A DNA stretch of 64,000 nt from Eledone cirrhosa (lineage: Eukaryota): NCBI GenBank assembly GCA_964016885.1, contig OZ024741.1:321160001-321224000 (forward strand), given 5' to 3'. The position numbers were made by a program, and so were the translations under genes. Within the stretch, counting starts at the first letter, position 1. The number at the start of each line of letters is the position of its first letter. A model generated the notes under the pieces. That model had not been told where the DNA came from. It was given only the letters and a program-made list of their open reading frames with translations, and made no database searches. Shown here one piece after another: positions 27,755 to 40,343 of this stretch.

Positions 27755-28607
27755 TTCGAACCAACATAACTTAGCATTCAACATATGAAATCCGCACTCT
27801 CACACAGACCACCACAGAACTATAATATTCTTTAAACAGCTTCTAGCCTCCTTAATTCTATACCACAGTAATGTCTGCAAATATCTTATCAACCCATAAA
27901 TATATCTCTTCTCGGCTGCTGTCAACACCACCTCCTCACTCTTGATTTTCAACAGATTAACTTAATTCTAAGTACATTATTTGACTACTACCAGAGTCCT
28001 TGAAATGTCACCTTCCTCCTGTTGTTATAATGAACACCCCTATGTGTCCGTAATAGTATTCATGTTCTCTTTATATATACCTTGCTTTCTTAACCTCTGT
28101 ATTACCTTATTGCCTATTTTGGTGTTGTCTTATTCATGCATGATTTGTTATTGGAGCTGTGAAAGCTAAACAACCCCCATGATTCGAACTAACAATCCCT
28201 TCATCTAATATAGACCACTTAAATAATGAATCCGCTTTACACCACATAAAAATTACCATCCTCACTACAATGAAAATATTTTATCTGTCAGATAATAAAT
28301 AAATATTACGGTCAGCAAACCTACAGTAAAGTAAATGGTCCATTATTTCAAGCCCCAGGTTATCTCTACACTATATATAATATACCCCATGACAGCTTTT
28401 ACATGTCAATTTCATACATCTGTTTCGTATCAGCTCGTTCTATATGCTAAAGTTATCAGTATACTCTATTTCTTACTTAGATTGATGCTGTGATTATTTT
28501 AACTATTTACTATCTAGCGAATTTATTTGAGTATCGTTATTATTGTTCTGATTTAATGCCACTACTATATATAGAAGCCATGCGTGTGTATTTCCTTCAT
28601 TCTCGCA

Positions 28608-28715
28608 TGCTCTGATGAATAGACTGGTTATAACAAAGTATTGGTGATCGATTGACGCAAAAACAGGCGGGTAGCGATCTCTTGACCTACCAGTTCAGAG
28701 AAACAATTGTCAGCA
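28608..28715 (+). ncRNA. Type I hammerhead ribozyme (inverted copy 26583-26690)
   Basis: TGCT-CTGATGA-(ACTGGT...ACCAGT long stem II)-GAAA-CAATTG-TC-AGCA, then AATAAA at 28721. Confidence 0.85.
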
Positions 28716-29133
28716 ATGTGAATAAAGCCCTTATTGTATAGCAAACCATGTCACTCTTCTTTCTTGATTTATATATATATATATATATATATCAAAGAAG
28801 AGAGAAATAGGACGAAGGTAAACAGTTACAAAAGAATTTAATCCTCGTATTAACAATTGTTTCATCAGAATTTCAGTCCATTATTGCTACACTATGCAAT
28901 AGGCAATCAAGAAAGATACTGTAGCATCCGAATTTTCAAAATACAAAGTTGGAATGACCTTAGGAAATGAAATAAGGGATAGTAGTGTAAGATAGAGGAA
29001 CAGAGAGAGAGGGGGGCAAAAGAGAGGGAGAGAGAGAGAGAAAAGGGATGGAGGTAGGGAGAGAAAGAGAAAGAGATAGGGTGGTGTGAGAGGATTTGTA
29101 TAGAATATAGTTAAGTTACAAGAAGGGAGGGGT

Positions 29134-31440
29134 ATGTCCCTAAAGAATATACCTTTACCCAAAAGGAAGGATTACACTCTTGGAATGATCCAGCGCACCA
29201 ACGATTTCATACGCCGCGTCAGATGGAAAACATTCCACTTCGACAAAGGACGTAAGGATTATACCGCGAACTCTGGAAAGAATACATATGGGTTCAACTC
29301 CTGTAAAAACCCACCCACTAACCCTCTACTAGACGCCTTTGAACAGGACTTACTTAAGATGGTCATGAATACTAAATATAACAAGTTCAAAACCAACAAG
29401 CTTCATAAAGACATGGATACCTTTCTAAACAAGCTGCGCACCACTAACGGGATTATTGTCAAAGCGAATAAAACATCTAACGTGTACACAATGGACATTA
29501 ATACCTACCACGACCTTATACCGAAGGAATTACATAAAAAATATAAGAAAACCAATAACAAAGCACTACTTAACATCAACAAACAAGCACACCATATTGT
29601 CAAAAGTCTAGAACTTGAAGATAGAACTGAGCCCATGACAACTTGCACCCTCACCTTTAATCTTAAGGACCACAAATTAGATTTCATAGATAAACCCACA
29701 ATTAGATTAATATGCCCTTCTAAGTCAAAAAAAGGTAAAATTAACAAGAATATATAATATAGAATAAAATAATAATTTTAAGGAATAAACTAGTTATTAA
29801 ACTTTGGGACAATACTAGCGACACAATTAAATGGTTTAATAGTATAGATAACAAAAATACCTCTAACTTTATACAATTCGACATTAATGACTATTACTCC
29901 TCCATATCACCCGATACTCTAAACAAGGCACTAGCATTTGCGAAAGCCAACTCTGACTTAACCGACGACGAAATAAACATTATCCTAGCAGCTAGAAAGA
30001 CGATAATTAAATGTGAAAATAACTTTTGGGTACGTAAGGATAGAATAGATAACTTTGACATAACTATGGGTGCTAATGACTCAGCACAAGTTACGGATAT
30101 TGTTGGTATATACATAGCCCACACCTTACATAATAAATTTAGTTACCTTCAAGGCGGAATATATAGAGATGACGCTCTCCTATTAGTTAAAAACATGAAT
30201 AAACAAAACATAGAGCGAACCCGTAAGAGCATTAGAAGAACCCTAGATAGCCTTGACCTTAAAATCACCTACGAATATAGTACCAAAGTAGTTAACTTCC
30301 TAGATGCCACCTTCAACCTCAACACCCAAATTATCACACCCTTTCACAAAAACAATGAGAACCTCACCTACATCCACACTAGCTCTAACCATCCACTATC
30401 TATTATAAGGTCCCTGCCACATAGTATATCACTTAGAATATCCCGCCTCTCATGTAACCAACAAATATTCGATCAACACGCGGAATACTACAACACTGCA
30501 TTAGAACGGGCTGGCCACACCGACAAACTAGAATACATGGACCGACACAACCATAAAACACATAACCATAGACACGCCAAACGCTCCCACAAACACCCGC
30601 ACACACGCACCTAGACCCCCTAATACTAACCACATCACAAATACAACAGCAACATCAAAGCAAAACAGAACACGGAGTAGATCTTACATTTGGTATAATC
30701 CTATTTTTAACTCTTCTATTAGCTCTAACTTACCTTCCACATTCTACAAAATTATAAAAAAACACTTTCCAAATTCACATAAATATAGTAGTATACTTAA
30801 TACCAAAACAATTAAACTATCTTATTCCACAGCACCAAACCTAGACGCACATATTAAGATGCTCAACGCCAAAAAACTCCGTAACCACAACACCCCAATC
30901 ACTCAACACAATAATACACCTAATACACAACCACCCACTAACAAACAGTATGCACAAAACACACTCACACACACATCCCAGCCCACCTATAACTCCACCA
31001 CTGCCCATAACAGAAATTGTAATTGCCACCTTCCAGAGACTTGTCCATTGAATAACGAATGTTTGCATTCAAACCTAGTGTACAGGTGCTCGGTTGAGTC
31101 GGGCAACCAAACCTGGCACTACATAGGCAGCACTGCAAACACCTTCAAAACTCGTTGGTACACGCATCGTTACGCAATAAAGCACCACCAACACCGTTAC
31201 GTAACGACTCTCGCCGACAAAATTTGGCACTTAAAAGGAAATAACCAACAATACACCCTTAAATGGACCAAACTCTCACATGCTCCTCCATACCGGAGTG
31301 GGATGAAAACGTGCCCGTTGTGTAATAATGAGCTCTTCCATATCCTAAGCTCAAACCACCAACTACTAAACAACAAAATTGAAAGGTCAATTTTTTGCCA
31401 GCATAAACTGAAAGCGAAATTCTCACACTTCAAATCTTAA
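29134..31440 (+). pseudogene. PLE polyprotein (RT + GIY-YIG), disrupted
   Basis: SLKNIPLP...FIRRVRWK...YGFNS; FIQFDINDYYSSI; FDITMGANDSAQ; GIYRDDAL; NFLDATF; SNHP; IWYNP; LVY...YIGST; stops and frameshifts near 29757 and 30614. Confidence 0.9.
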
Positions 31441-31820
31441 CACTACCTCTCTTTCTACCCTAAATAACAATTCCACACTCCTAAAAATAGACTATATATG
31501 AAATTTAATACTTTCTTCCTTCATCTATACTCTGGTAAGACTTTCGCTTGTCCACTATCAAATGCCACTTAAAATTATATCTTCCTTCTCTCTCCCTCTA
31601 CTCATCACAACTTTTAGCACACAACCCTCCTCCCCCTCCCTTCTTGTAACTTAACTATATTCTATACAAATCCTCTCACACCACCCTATCTCTTTCTCTT
31701 TCTCTCCCTACCTCCATCCCTTTTCTCTCTCTCTCTCCCTCTCTTTTGCCCCTCTCTCTCTCTGTTCCTCTATCTTACACTACTACCCCTTATTTCATTT
31801 CCTAAGGTCATTCCAACTTT

Positions 31821-31918
31821 GTATTTTGAAAATTCGGATGCTACAGTATCTTTCTTGATTGCCTATTGCATAGTGTAGCAATAATGGACTGAAATTCTGA
31901 TGAAACAATTGTTAATAC
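31821..31918 (+). ncRNA. Hammerhead with U3-A8 variant core (inverted copy 28847-28944)
   Basis: GTATT-TTGAAAA-(TCGGA..TGCTACA/TGTAGCA..TCTGA)-GAAA-CAATTG-TT-AATAC. Confidence 0.65.
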
Positions 31919-32097
31919 GTGGATTAAATTCTTTTGTAACTGTTTACCTTCGTCCTATTTCTCTCTTCTTTGATTACACTCCTCGTTTGTTCGTGTTTCC
32001 ACTACTGAATCCCTACCAACCTGTTGAGTCACCTTAAGGTATGTTGAAAACTTTCCTCACAACTTGTTCTACCAAGCTTTGGAATACTCCTAATTAC

Positions 32098-32165
<68 letters not shown>

Positions 32166-32168
<3 letters not shown>

Positions 32169-32392
32169 ATAATAGTAATAATAATAAATGTGAAGACTAA
32201 AATCCAAAGAGGGCTCGATAAGGATAAATATATATCAAATATATAAGAACCCTAGAGCAAATATTTATTAAAATAACAGATTAAAGTTTAAGCAAAGAAT
32301 CGCTGCTTTCACCCTTAACCTTCAGAAGATCCCGTTAAGGGTGAAAGCAGCGATTCTTTGCTTGAACTTTAATCTGTTATTTTAATAAATAA
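32166..32392. mobile_element. Short fold-back pseudo-LTR, CAGAAGA-HHR family
   Basis: About 32263-32319 inverted against about 32335-32392; same family as 35747-35920 and 39165-39532. Confidence 0.7.
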
Positions 32393-32645
32393 ATACATAT
32401 ATATATACACACACACAAATAAAATGTAGAGTTATATACTCATAATAATACCCTGTAATAATTAAGCTCAAACTAAAAATACTGAGTATTTTATAATATA
32501 TATATAAAGGAATAAACACAGTAAATTGTGTTTAGAATTACAAGGGTAGAAAGACCACGTTGGTTTGACGAATATAAAATCTGAATCAAACGAATACAAG
32601 ATTAAAATGTACTGACCGTTTCAATAACTATTATCTCCCGGATAG

Positions 32646-32727
<82 letters not shown>

Positions 32728-32774
32728 TTATATATATAGAGAGAGAGAGAAAGAGAGCGAGGGAGAGAGAGAGA

Positions 32775-33152
<378 letters not shown>

Positions 33153-33191
33153 TTATATGTATATAGATGTATATATATATATATGTATATA

Positions 33192-33480
<289 letters not shown>

Positions 33481-33503
33481 TTCCATAACACTTAGTTCAC
33501 TAT

Positions 33504-33546
33504 ACCGAGAACAAATGTTTCACCTTATGTGGATCTTCAGCTCGGT
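33504..33546 (-). ncRNA. Type I hammerhead ribozyme in fold-back element 33474-33685
   Basis: ACCGAG-CTGAAGA-TCC..GGT-GAAA-CATTTG-TT-CTCGGT. Confidence 0.8.
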
Positions 33547-33681
33547 CTGAATGAAGTTGTACGTACAAGGTGAAACATTTGTTCTAGGTATGGTGAACAA
33601 ACTATTGTGGAACTACCTCTACTAAACTCGTCCCAGGGACTGAGTACTCTACTACTACGGATATACCTTCTAGTTTTCTAC

Positions 33682-33722
<41 letters not shown>

Positions 33723-33990
33723 GTGTGGGGTGTAGCACGGTGAATTACTGGTGTTGGTACCTAATCAAGCACTCTATGCACAAGTAGAGTGTATATAATA
33801 GAAAAAAACGAGGAAGTTGCGTTTACATATAAAAAAAGTATTTATTGTGTATCGACTTGTTACACACGTTTTCTTGGGAGAGACGTGTTGTCACATCACC
33901 AGTCTGACAAACAGATCGATTCCTATGGGTTACTTTGAGCCAAGCGTCTGCGAAACGCGCATAACAGGTCGATACTCGTTTTTTTTCTAT

Positions 33991-34084
<94 letters not shown>

Positions 34085-34159
34085 ATGGCTGCCCCTTCGT
34101 TATCGAGTATAGCCATTTCACGATATACCATTATTAATAATTATTAATTAATGCCATCG

Positions 34160-34673
34160 TGCAATGCCTGTGCCTGAAGATTTTTTTTTCAAGTGAGGAA
34201 AGACTGTGCACTGAGCAACAGCAGCTAAAGCCCGAAAAGAAGAAAAGATCAACATCATCTGTAACTACGGAGCCGCAGGTTTTATATCGGAGTTATCCCA
34301 GTTTCCTGAGTTGTCTTCTCCTAGAAGAATGCCCTACAAAGGCTAGGGATCCTTCACTCCCAGTGGTTTAACCGCACGATCAGGTATCCAGCCAAACGAT
34401 TTCCCACGCATATACATACACATGTACATTTACATATACATATATACATATGTACATGTGTATATACATATTTACACATTTTTGGATGGCCGTTGACTCT
34501 TATGAGTTCTTCCGCCCTTTGTCAGGTTTTGTTTTCTGTCCTGCAGGGTGTCCAAAATCGCCCTCCTCACCCAGTAAACTTGGAGTGGTTGCCGATTTAG
34601 TCGCCGACGACCCGACCATGCAACAGGTTGTACAGGGTTACATGTTACCAGTAGCACTCAAGAGTGACCCGAC
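34160..34673 (-). mobile_element. Non-autonomous RTE-derived element
   Basis: Modules shared with 21112-21598 and 45138-45745. Confidence 0.6.
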
Positions 34674-34686
34674 AATATATATACAT

Positions 34687-34725
<39 letters not shown>

Positions 34726-34745
34726 AATATATATATATATATATT

Positions 34746-34785
<40 letters not shown>

Positions 34786-35746
34786 TGTGTATAGGTTTGT
34801 TGGTTCACCATTGGATAGAACTGGTCATTCCGTATAGTCAACCTTGATGTAATATTAGGGAGAGCACTCGATGTAATGCAACTCACTCGTCTTCGTTTGT
34901 GTTATTGGTGGTGCGAGTACGGAGTTAATTATTATAAAATAACAGGAGGCTGGACTGGTGTAATTCCTTAAAGGTTTATTATACTATGGACAATTCAATG
35001 ACCGGGTTCAGTATGAATCCGGTGACATCATCCGGTATTTCGATTTCGAAATACCGGATGATGTCACCGGTAAGACCATTGGTAATATCACCTCCAATGA
35101 GAAACGTCTGTTTGTGAGTGCCTGTTAAAATCTCACGAAAATATACCGACAGGAAACTTGTTTTATTTGGAGAAAATTAAGAAATTGAAAGTACAGTTTA
35201 GCTGTCTGCGTGCATTGTTCATAGAAATATTGTTGAGCCCCTTCTTTTCATACTCCTCTGTTTTGGCCTATTGAAGTAAATGTGAAAGAGAAAGTCACAG
35301 GTTAAGTTGGCAGACGGTTCCAGTGCAATAGCAATAAGGCGTTGGCTACTTACCTTAAAAGTTCATTCGCACTCTTTCCACTAAGTTACTCTTTCTCTCT
35401 ATCCCTCTCGGTGCAGTCCCTTGCGAATTTCTCGCGTAGGCCTGGTGTATATTTGCACCCGATCCATCTGCCCGATGCACATGTCTTCTTTGTGCGGCTT
35501 TTGGAAGAAGGAGTGACCAGCAGTACGTTGTTCGGTATTATTACGAAAAGGTGTAGCAGAGAATCCCACGTGGAGTAACAGCTCGGGAGAAACTGCGTAC
35601 CTCAAAGATTCATTCACTATCGTTCTTGTCAACGCTCCGTTTAGTTGGTATTTTTTGGTCTACAGTTAGATGAATGGCGCACAAAGGGTTAATTTTTATT
35701 GGCAAGCAGTGGCAACTGGGCTGGCTTGCCTCGCTTATATTATATA

Positions 35747-35920
35747 TTAAAATAACAGATTAAAGTTTTAGCAAAGAATCGTGGTTTCACTCTTAACGGG
35801 ATCTTCTGAAACTAAAAAAATTAATCTGTGAACGCAGAAATAAATATTTCGAAAAACGTTGCAACCGAAGGAAAACAGGAAGACTTTGGTTTGTGAAGAC
35901 GTTCCCTGGCAATGAACGGA
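35747..35920 (-). mobile_element. Pseudo-LTR of the CAGAAGA-HHR family
   Basis: Matches 39165-39330; HHR at 35764-35813 on the minus strand. Confidence 0.7.
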
Positions 35921-35999
35921 AAATAGCGAACATAATACGTCATCAATGTCGTAATGCAGACATACAGACAGATATTATAAAGGCGCGACGGAGATCGAT

Positions 36000-36149
36000 A
36001 ACCGGCGCCTAACACCCCTTTAACCACAGAAAATTGAAAAGTAAAAGCTGCAGTTAATATCTTTAGACCGCAAGGAATATATAAATGCAAGTTTGAAGTC
36101 AATCGGAGTAGAAATGTGGATTTGTATAGACTTTGCAAAAATGAAGACA

Positions 36150-36246
<97 letters not shown>

Positions 36247-36280
36247 CTACAGTTTTATATATATGTATATATATAGATAT
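36000..36280 (+). mobile_element. Possible non-autonomous Helitron/Helentron-like 3' end with (CA)n
   Basis: AAGTTTGAAGTCAATCGG...GATTTGTATAG...ACAGAC(AC)n...TTTTATATATA layout typical of such elements. Confidence 0.4.
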
Positions 36281-37540
36281 AGGTATATATCCAAGATGGC
36301 TGGGTAGCAATAACACGTGCTTCTACTTTTTCCCTGCTTTCATTCTTTACTCTAGCCTATCATCCTTTATCTTTCCTCCAAATCCTTTCCTCTTTTCCCA
36401 ATATTTCATAGTGTTATCATTCTCCAGTATATTTTCCAAAATGCTTTCCAATGTTTTTCACTATGTCTTTCTAAAGACCGTTTGCCAATATGTTTTCCAA
36501 ATTCTGCTGCTGAAATATTTTCTTTTGACTTTTCCAATATATGTTTTCAATGATTTTCTGGTGTTTTGCAATGTCGTTTTCCAACATGTTTTCCAACATG
36601 TTTTCCCACGTGTTTTTCTTATATTTTTCCAAATGTGTTTTGCCACTCTCATTTATTTACTATCTATCACATTATTCTAAAAATATTTTAAATATTATTT
36701 TCCACATATTTTTGAATGTATTTGCAAAGATTCCCTAAAGTGTTTCCAATATGATTCCCAGTGTGTTTTTATTATGTTTAAGTTTTTTTAAATGTGTTTT
36801 TCCATTGTCGTTTAGACATCTTTTGCCATACATTTCCCACTTTTTTTCTCAATTAATTTTCTATCCGTTCTTTAAAGTATTTTATAGCAAGTGTCATTTT
36901 CCAATGCCTTTCTTCCAATGTTTTCATTATCTTCTATTGTTTCTCTCATATCTTTTCTTTCCGGAGCTTTTTGATAAACTTTCTTTTGATTTTACTGGAG
37001 TTTTGTTTTTTTAGAACATTTTGTAGTCTTCTATTTCCTAATGTAATCTATATAAATGAGAATGTATAACATTCTACGTAGTTTAATGACGTTAGCTATA
37101 GTTTTGTGTGAAAACTTTAAATTTGCAATAAACGAATTGATGCTAACCTGTAGTTCTCTGTCAATAGTGTTATTTTTAATGTGTAATATATTTTGCCAGA
37201 CAAACGACTCAATTATATTCAATCAATTGTACATTAAAGATTTTCTATATTCCATTGTATACATAGATATTAAGACACAAAATCACGCGTATATGTATGT
37301 GTAAGTGCATATAGATGTTTGTGTTTGTGTTTGTATAAAAATATAAATATATATATATATATATACACATATATATATACACATTCATATATATATACAT
37401 ATATATATATATACATACAGATATATATACATGTATATATATATGCATATATATATATATATAAATATTTATTTATTTATATAAGCACAAACACAAACAT
37501 CTTTATGCACTTACACATACATATGTATATATATATATAC

Positions 37541-37626
<86 letters not shown>

Positions 37627-37792
37627 GCATAAGAGCGTGTGCAAATATAGTTAAGGTGGTCATTAGCAACGTTAATATGATCGTTAAATTTGTATCACCA
37701 CTCAACAATTACGATGTCTATTATATGTGTATATATCTACACATAAATATTTATGCATATAAATATAGAAAAATAAACGCGCACACACACCC

Positions 37793-37829
<37 letters not shown>

Positions 37830-37832
<3 letters not shown>

Positions 37833-38710
37833 GAGCGGAACAAATAAACATTAAACAATCATTAAATAAATTAAAATACGATTTAAATATTCACCTGCTC
37901 TAATGCTGTTACCGACAGTTTCGCTTATCAAAAGATTGGAAATTCAGAGAATTTCCAATGGAAAGAATCAGCTCTTCAGACAGCTATTTCCATTCTATAG
38001 GGCATAAAGCCTCACAGTTTGTAAATATATCGCTTCCTGCCCGTTGTATGAGGTCAGGACGTTAACCCACACATAAACAGGCCGCAAGTAAAAGCGGGAA
38101 TATTATAGACTCGTTGTTTTTCATGCCACTAAAAAAAGTTCTGGTATCTAAAATTAGTACCATTGAACAACAATTATTATAGACGCAATATATATTTCCG
38201 TAGGTACTTAGTACCTGTTGGAATATTTATATCATTTTATATCTATTCTCCTTCTATGTAAAGAACCAAATGTTGTATCGTGCTGCTATTTCTTTTTAGT
38301 AGCATGAAAAACAACGAGTCTATAATATTCCCGCTTTTACTTGCGGCCTGTTTATGTGTGGGTTAACGGCCTGGCCTCATACATCGGGCAGGAAGCGATA
38401 TATTTACAAACTGTGAGGCTTTATGCCCTATAGAATGGAAATAGCTGTCTGAAGAGCTGATTCTTTCCATTGGAAATTCTCTGAATTTCCAATCTTTTGA
38501 TAGGCGAAACCGTCGGTAACAGCATTAGAACAGGTGAATATTTAAATCGTATTTTAATTTATTTAAAGGATTGTTTAATGTTTACTTGTTCCGCTCATTT
38601 TTATAGTTCTGGTATCTCAAATTAGTACCATTGTACAACAATTATTATAGACACCATATATATTTCCGTAGGTACTTAGTACCTGTTGGAATATTTATAT
38701 CATTTTATAT
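37830..38710 (+). mobile_element. ORF-less HHR-bearing fold-back element with 468-nt tandem unit
   Basis: About 37830-38133 inverted against about 38295-38600; direct repeat about 38137-38242 and 38605-38710. Confidence 0.8.
38444..38523 (+). ncRNA. Type I hammerhead ribozyme (inverted copy 37905-37984)
   Basis: GCTGT-CTGAAGA-GC..ATTGGAAATTC/GAATTTCCAAT..GC-GAAA-CCGTCGG-TA-ACAGC. Confidence 0.88.
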
Positions 38711-38767
38711 ATATATATATATAGAGAGAGAGAGATTACAATAATCAAAGTTCAGTTTAAATCATTT

Positions 38768-38820
38768 ATTTGCTTACAATTGTTTCCTCCAAACCGAGGT
38801 TTGGATTCTTCTGAGCAAAT
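38768..38820 (-). ncRNA. Hammerhead with U4A core in pseudo-LTR 38735-39093
   Basis: ATTTGCT-CAGAAGA-TCCAAAC/GTTTGGA-GAAA-CAATTG-TA-AGCAAAT. Confidence 0.75.
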
Positions 38821-39090
38821 ATTTAGTGATCTATAACATACTTGACCTCCTTTTCAACACAAGAGACATATAAAAACATATGCATATATTGACCCACAGT
38901 GGGATGACATCCATCATAATGATATAGCATGGCAATTTACATACAAAGGTTAAAAGATAAAAATAAAAATAAAGCATTGGTAATAAGATAGTAATGAATG
39001 ACTATCTTTCACTATTTGGGGTTTGTATATAAAAAAATATATAAACATAAAAGGTTTTATTATATACATAACCATAAATAGTATCCTTAA

Positions 39091-39164
<74 letters not shown>

Positions 39165-39169
<5 letters not shown>

Positions 39170-39528
39170 TAACAGATTAAAGTTTAAGCAAAGAATCGGT
39201 GCTTTCACCCTTAACGGGATCTTCTGAAACTAAAAAAGTCAATCTGTGAACGCAGAAGTAAATATTTCAAAAAACTTTGCAACCGAAGGAAGACAGGAAG
39301 ACGATACTTTAGTTCGTGGAAATGTTCCCTTCACAAAACATACAGTATGCGTTCACAGATTGACTTTTTTAGTTTCAGAAGATCCCGTTAAGGGTGAAAG
39401 CAGCGATTCTTTGCTTAAACTTTAATCTGTTATTTTAATAAATATTTGCTCTACGGTCCTTATATATCTGATATATATTTATCCTTATCGAGCCCACTTT
39501 GGATTTTAGTCTTCAAATTTATTATTAT

Positions 39529-39532
<4 letters not shown>
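39165..39532 (+). mobile_element. Fold-back pseudo-LTR, CAGAAGA-HHR family
   Basis: About 39165-39254 inverted against about 39348-39438; tail to 39532; (TA)n both sides. A diverged relative lies at 41408-41593. Confidence 0.8.
39371..39421 (+). ncRNA. Hammerhead with U4A core (inverted copy 39181-39231)
   Basis: AGTTT-CAGAAGA-TCCC/GGGT-GAAA-GCA..TGC-TT-AAACT. Confidence 0.7.
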
Positions 39533-39567
<35 letters not shown>

Positions 39568-39568
<1 letters not shown>

Positions 39569-40289
39569 CGGCGATGAATTAGTTTTGCGAGGTTTTTAAT
39601 ATGAAATCGTGTGTCGAAATAAATATTGTTATACTTGGGGAGGGTCATATTTGTGTAATATTGCCAGAATTAATAACAGAACACATTCACTGTTTGGTTG
39701 GTTTTCGCTTTTCGCTTCTGTGTCTTTTATATCGGTTAATTTAATTTATTCGGTCCTCAATGTTGCCATTGACTGACCAACGGTCAAAAATACAGATACA
39801 ATATAGACACAAACACATATATATAGTCTATCAAAGTTCTTTCGTTGTACATCTGTAACATCGTCAGTGGTGCTATTGTTTCCTCTCGTTGCATCGTATG
39901 TCTACGCCATCTTTATTTAGTCTGTTTATATAATTATTTATGTGTTTATTGTTTTGTCTTCTTTGCGCATAAACAAATAAATAAATATATAAACAGACTA
40001 AATAAAGATGGCGTAGACATACGATGCAACGGGAGGAAACAATAGCACCACTGACGATGTTGCAGATGTGTAACGAAAGAACTTTGATAGATTATATATA
40101 TGTGTTTGTGTCTATATTGTATCTGTATTTTTGACCGTTGGTCAGTCAATGGCAACATTGAGGACCGAATAAATTAAATTAACCGATATAAAAGACACAG
40201 AAGCGAAAAGCGAAAACCAACCAAACAGTGAGTGTGTTCTGTTATTAATTCTAGCAATATTACACAAATATGACCCTCCCCAAGTATAA

Positions 40290-40292
<3 letters not shown>
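39568..40292. mobile_element. Inverted pair of the Naiad-like pseudo-LTR
   Basis: 39628-39968 (minus) and 39969-40292 (plus) both match about 4330-4662; minus arm has an extra tail at 39568-39627. Confidence 0.85.

Positions 40293-40340
<48 letters not shown>

Positions 40341-40343
<3 letters not shown>

Larger units (their letters stand above)
26359..28770 (+). mobile_element. Hydra-clade-like PLE 3' part with inverted pseudo-LTR
   Basis: About 26530-27040 is the reverse complement of about 28255-28770; (TA)n both sides. Confidence 0.85.
28792..32100 (+). mobile_element. Near-complete Hydra-clade-like PLE with 5' inverted pseudo-LTR
   Basis: About 28793-29132 is the reverse complement of about 31635-31975; extra 3' tail to 32100; (TA)n both sides. 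Confidence 0.9.

Noticed and set aside
31897-31905. CTGATGA as the core of the 31.8-kb hammerhead
   Set aside because: It overlaps the GAAA with no room for stem II; it forms the 3' strand of stem II in the TTGAAAA fold
36320-37020. Repeating TGTTTTCCAA units as a CRISPR-like array or 195-aa CDS
   Set aside because: Irregular low-complexity degenerate repeat in eukaryotic DNA; no constant repeat-spacer period and no cas genes
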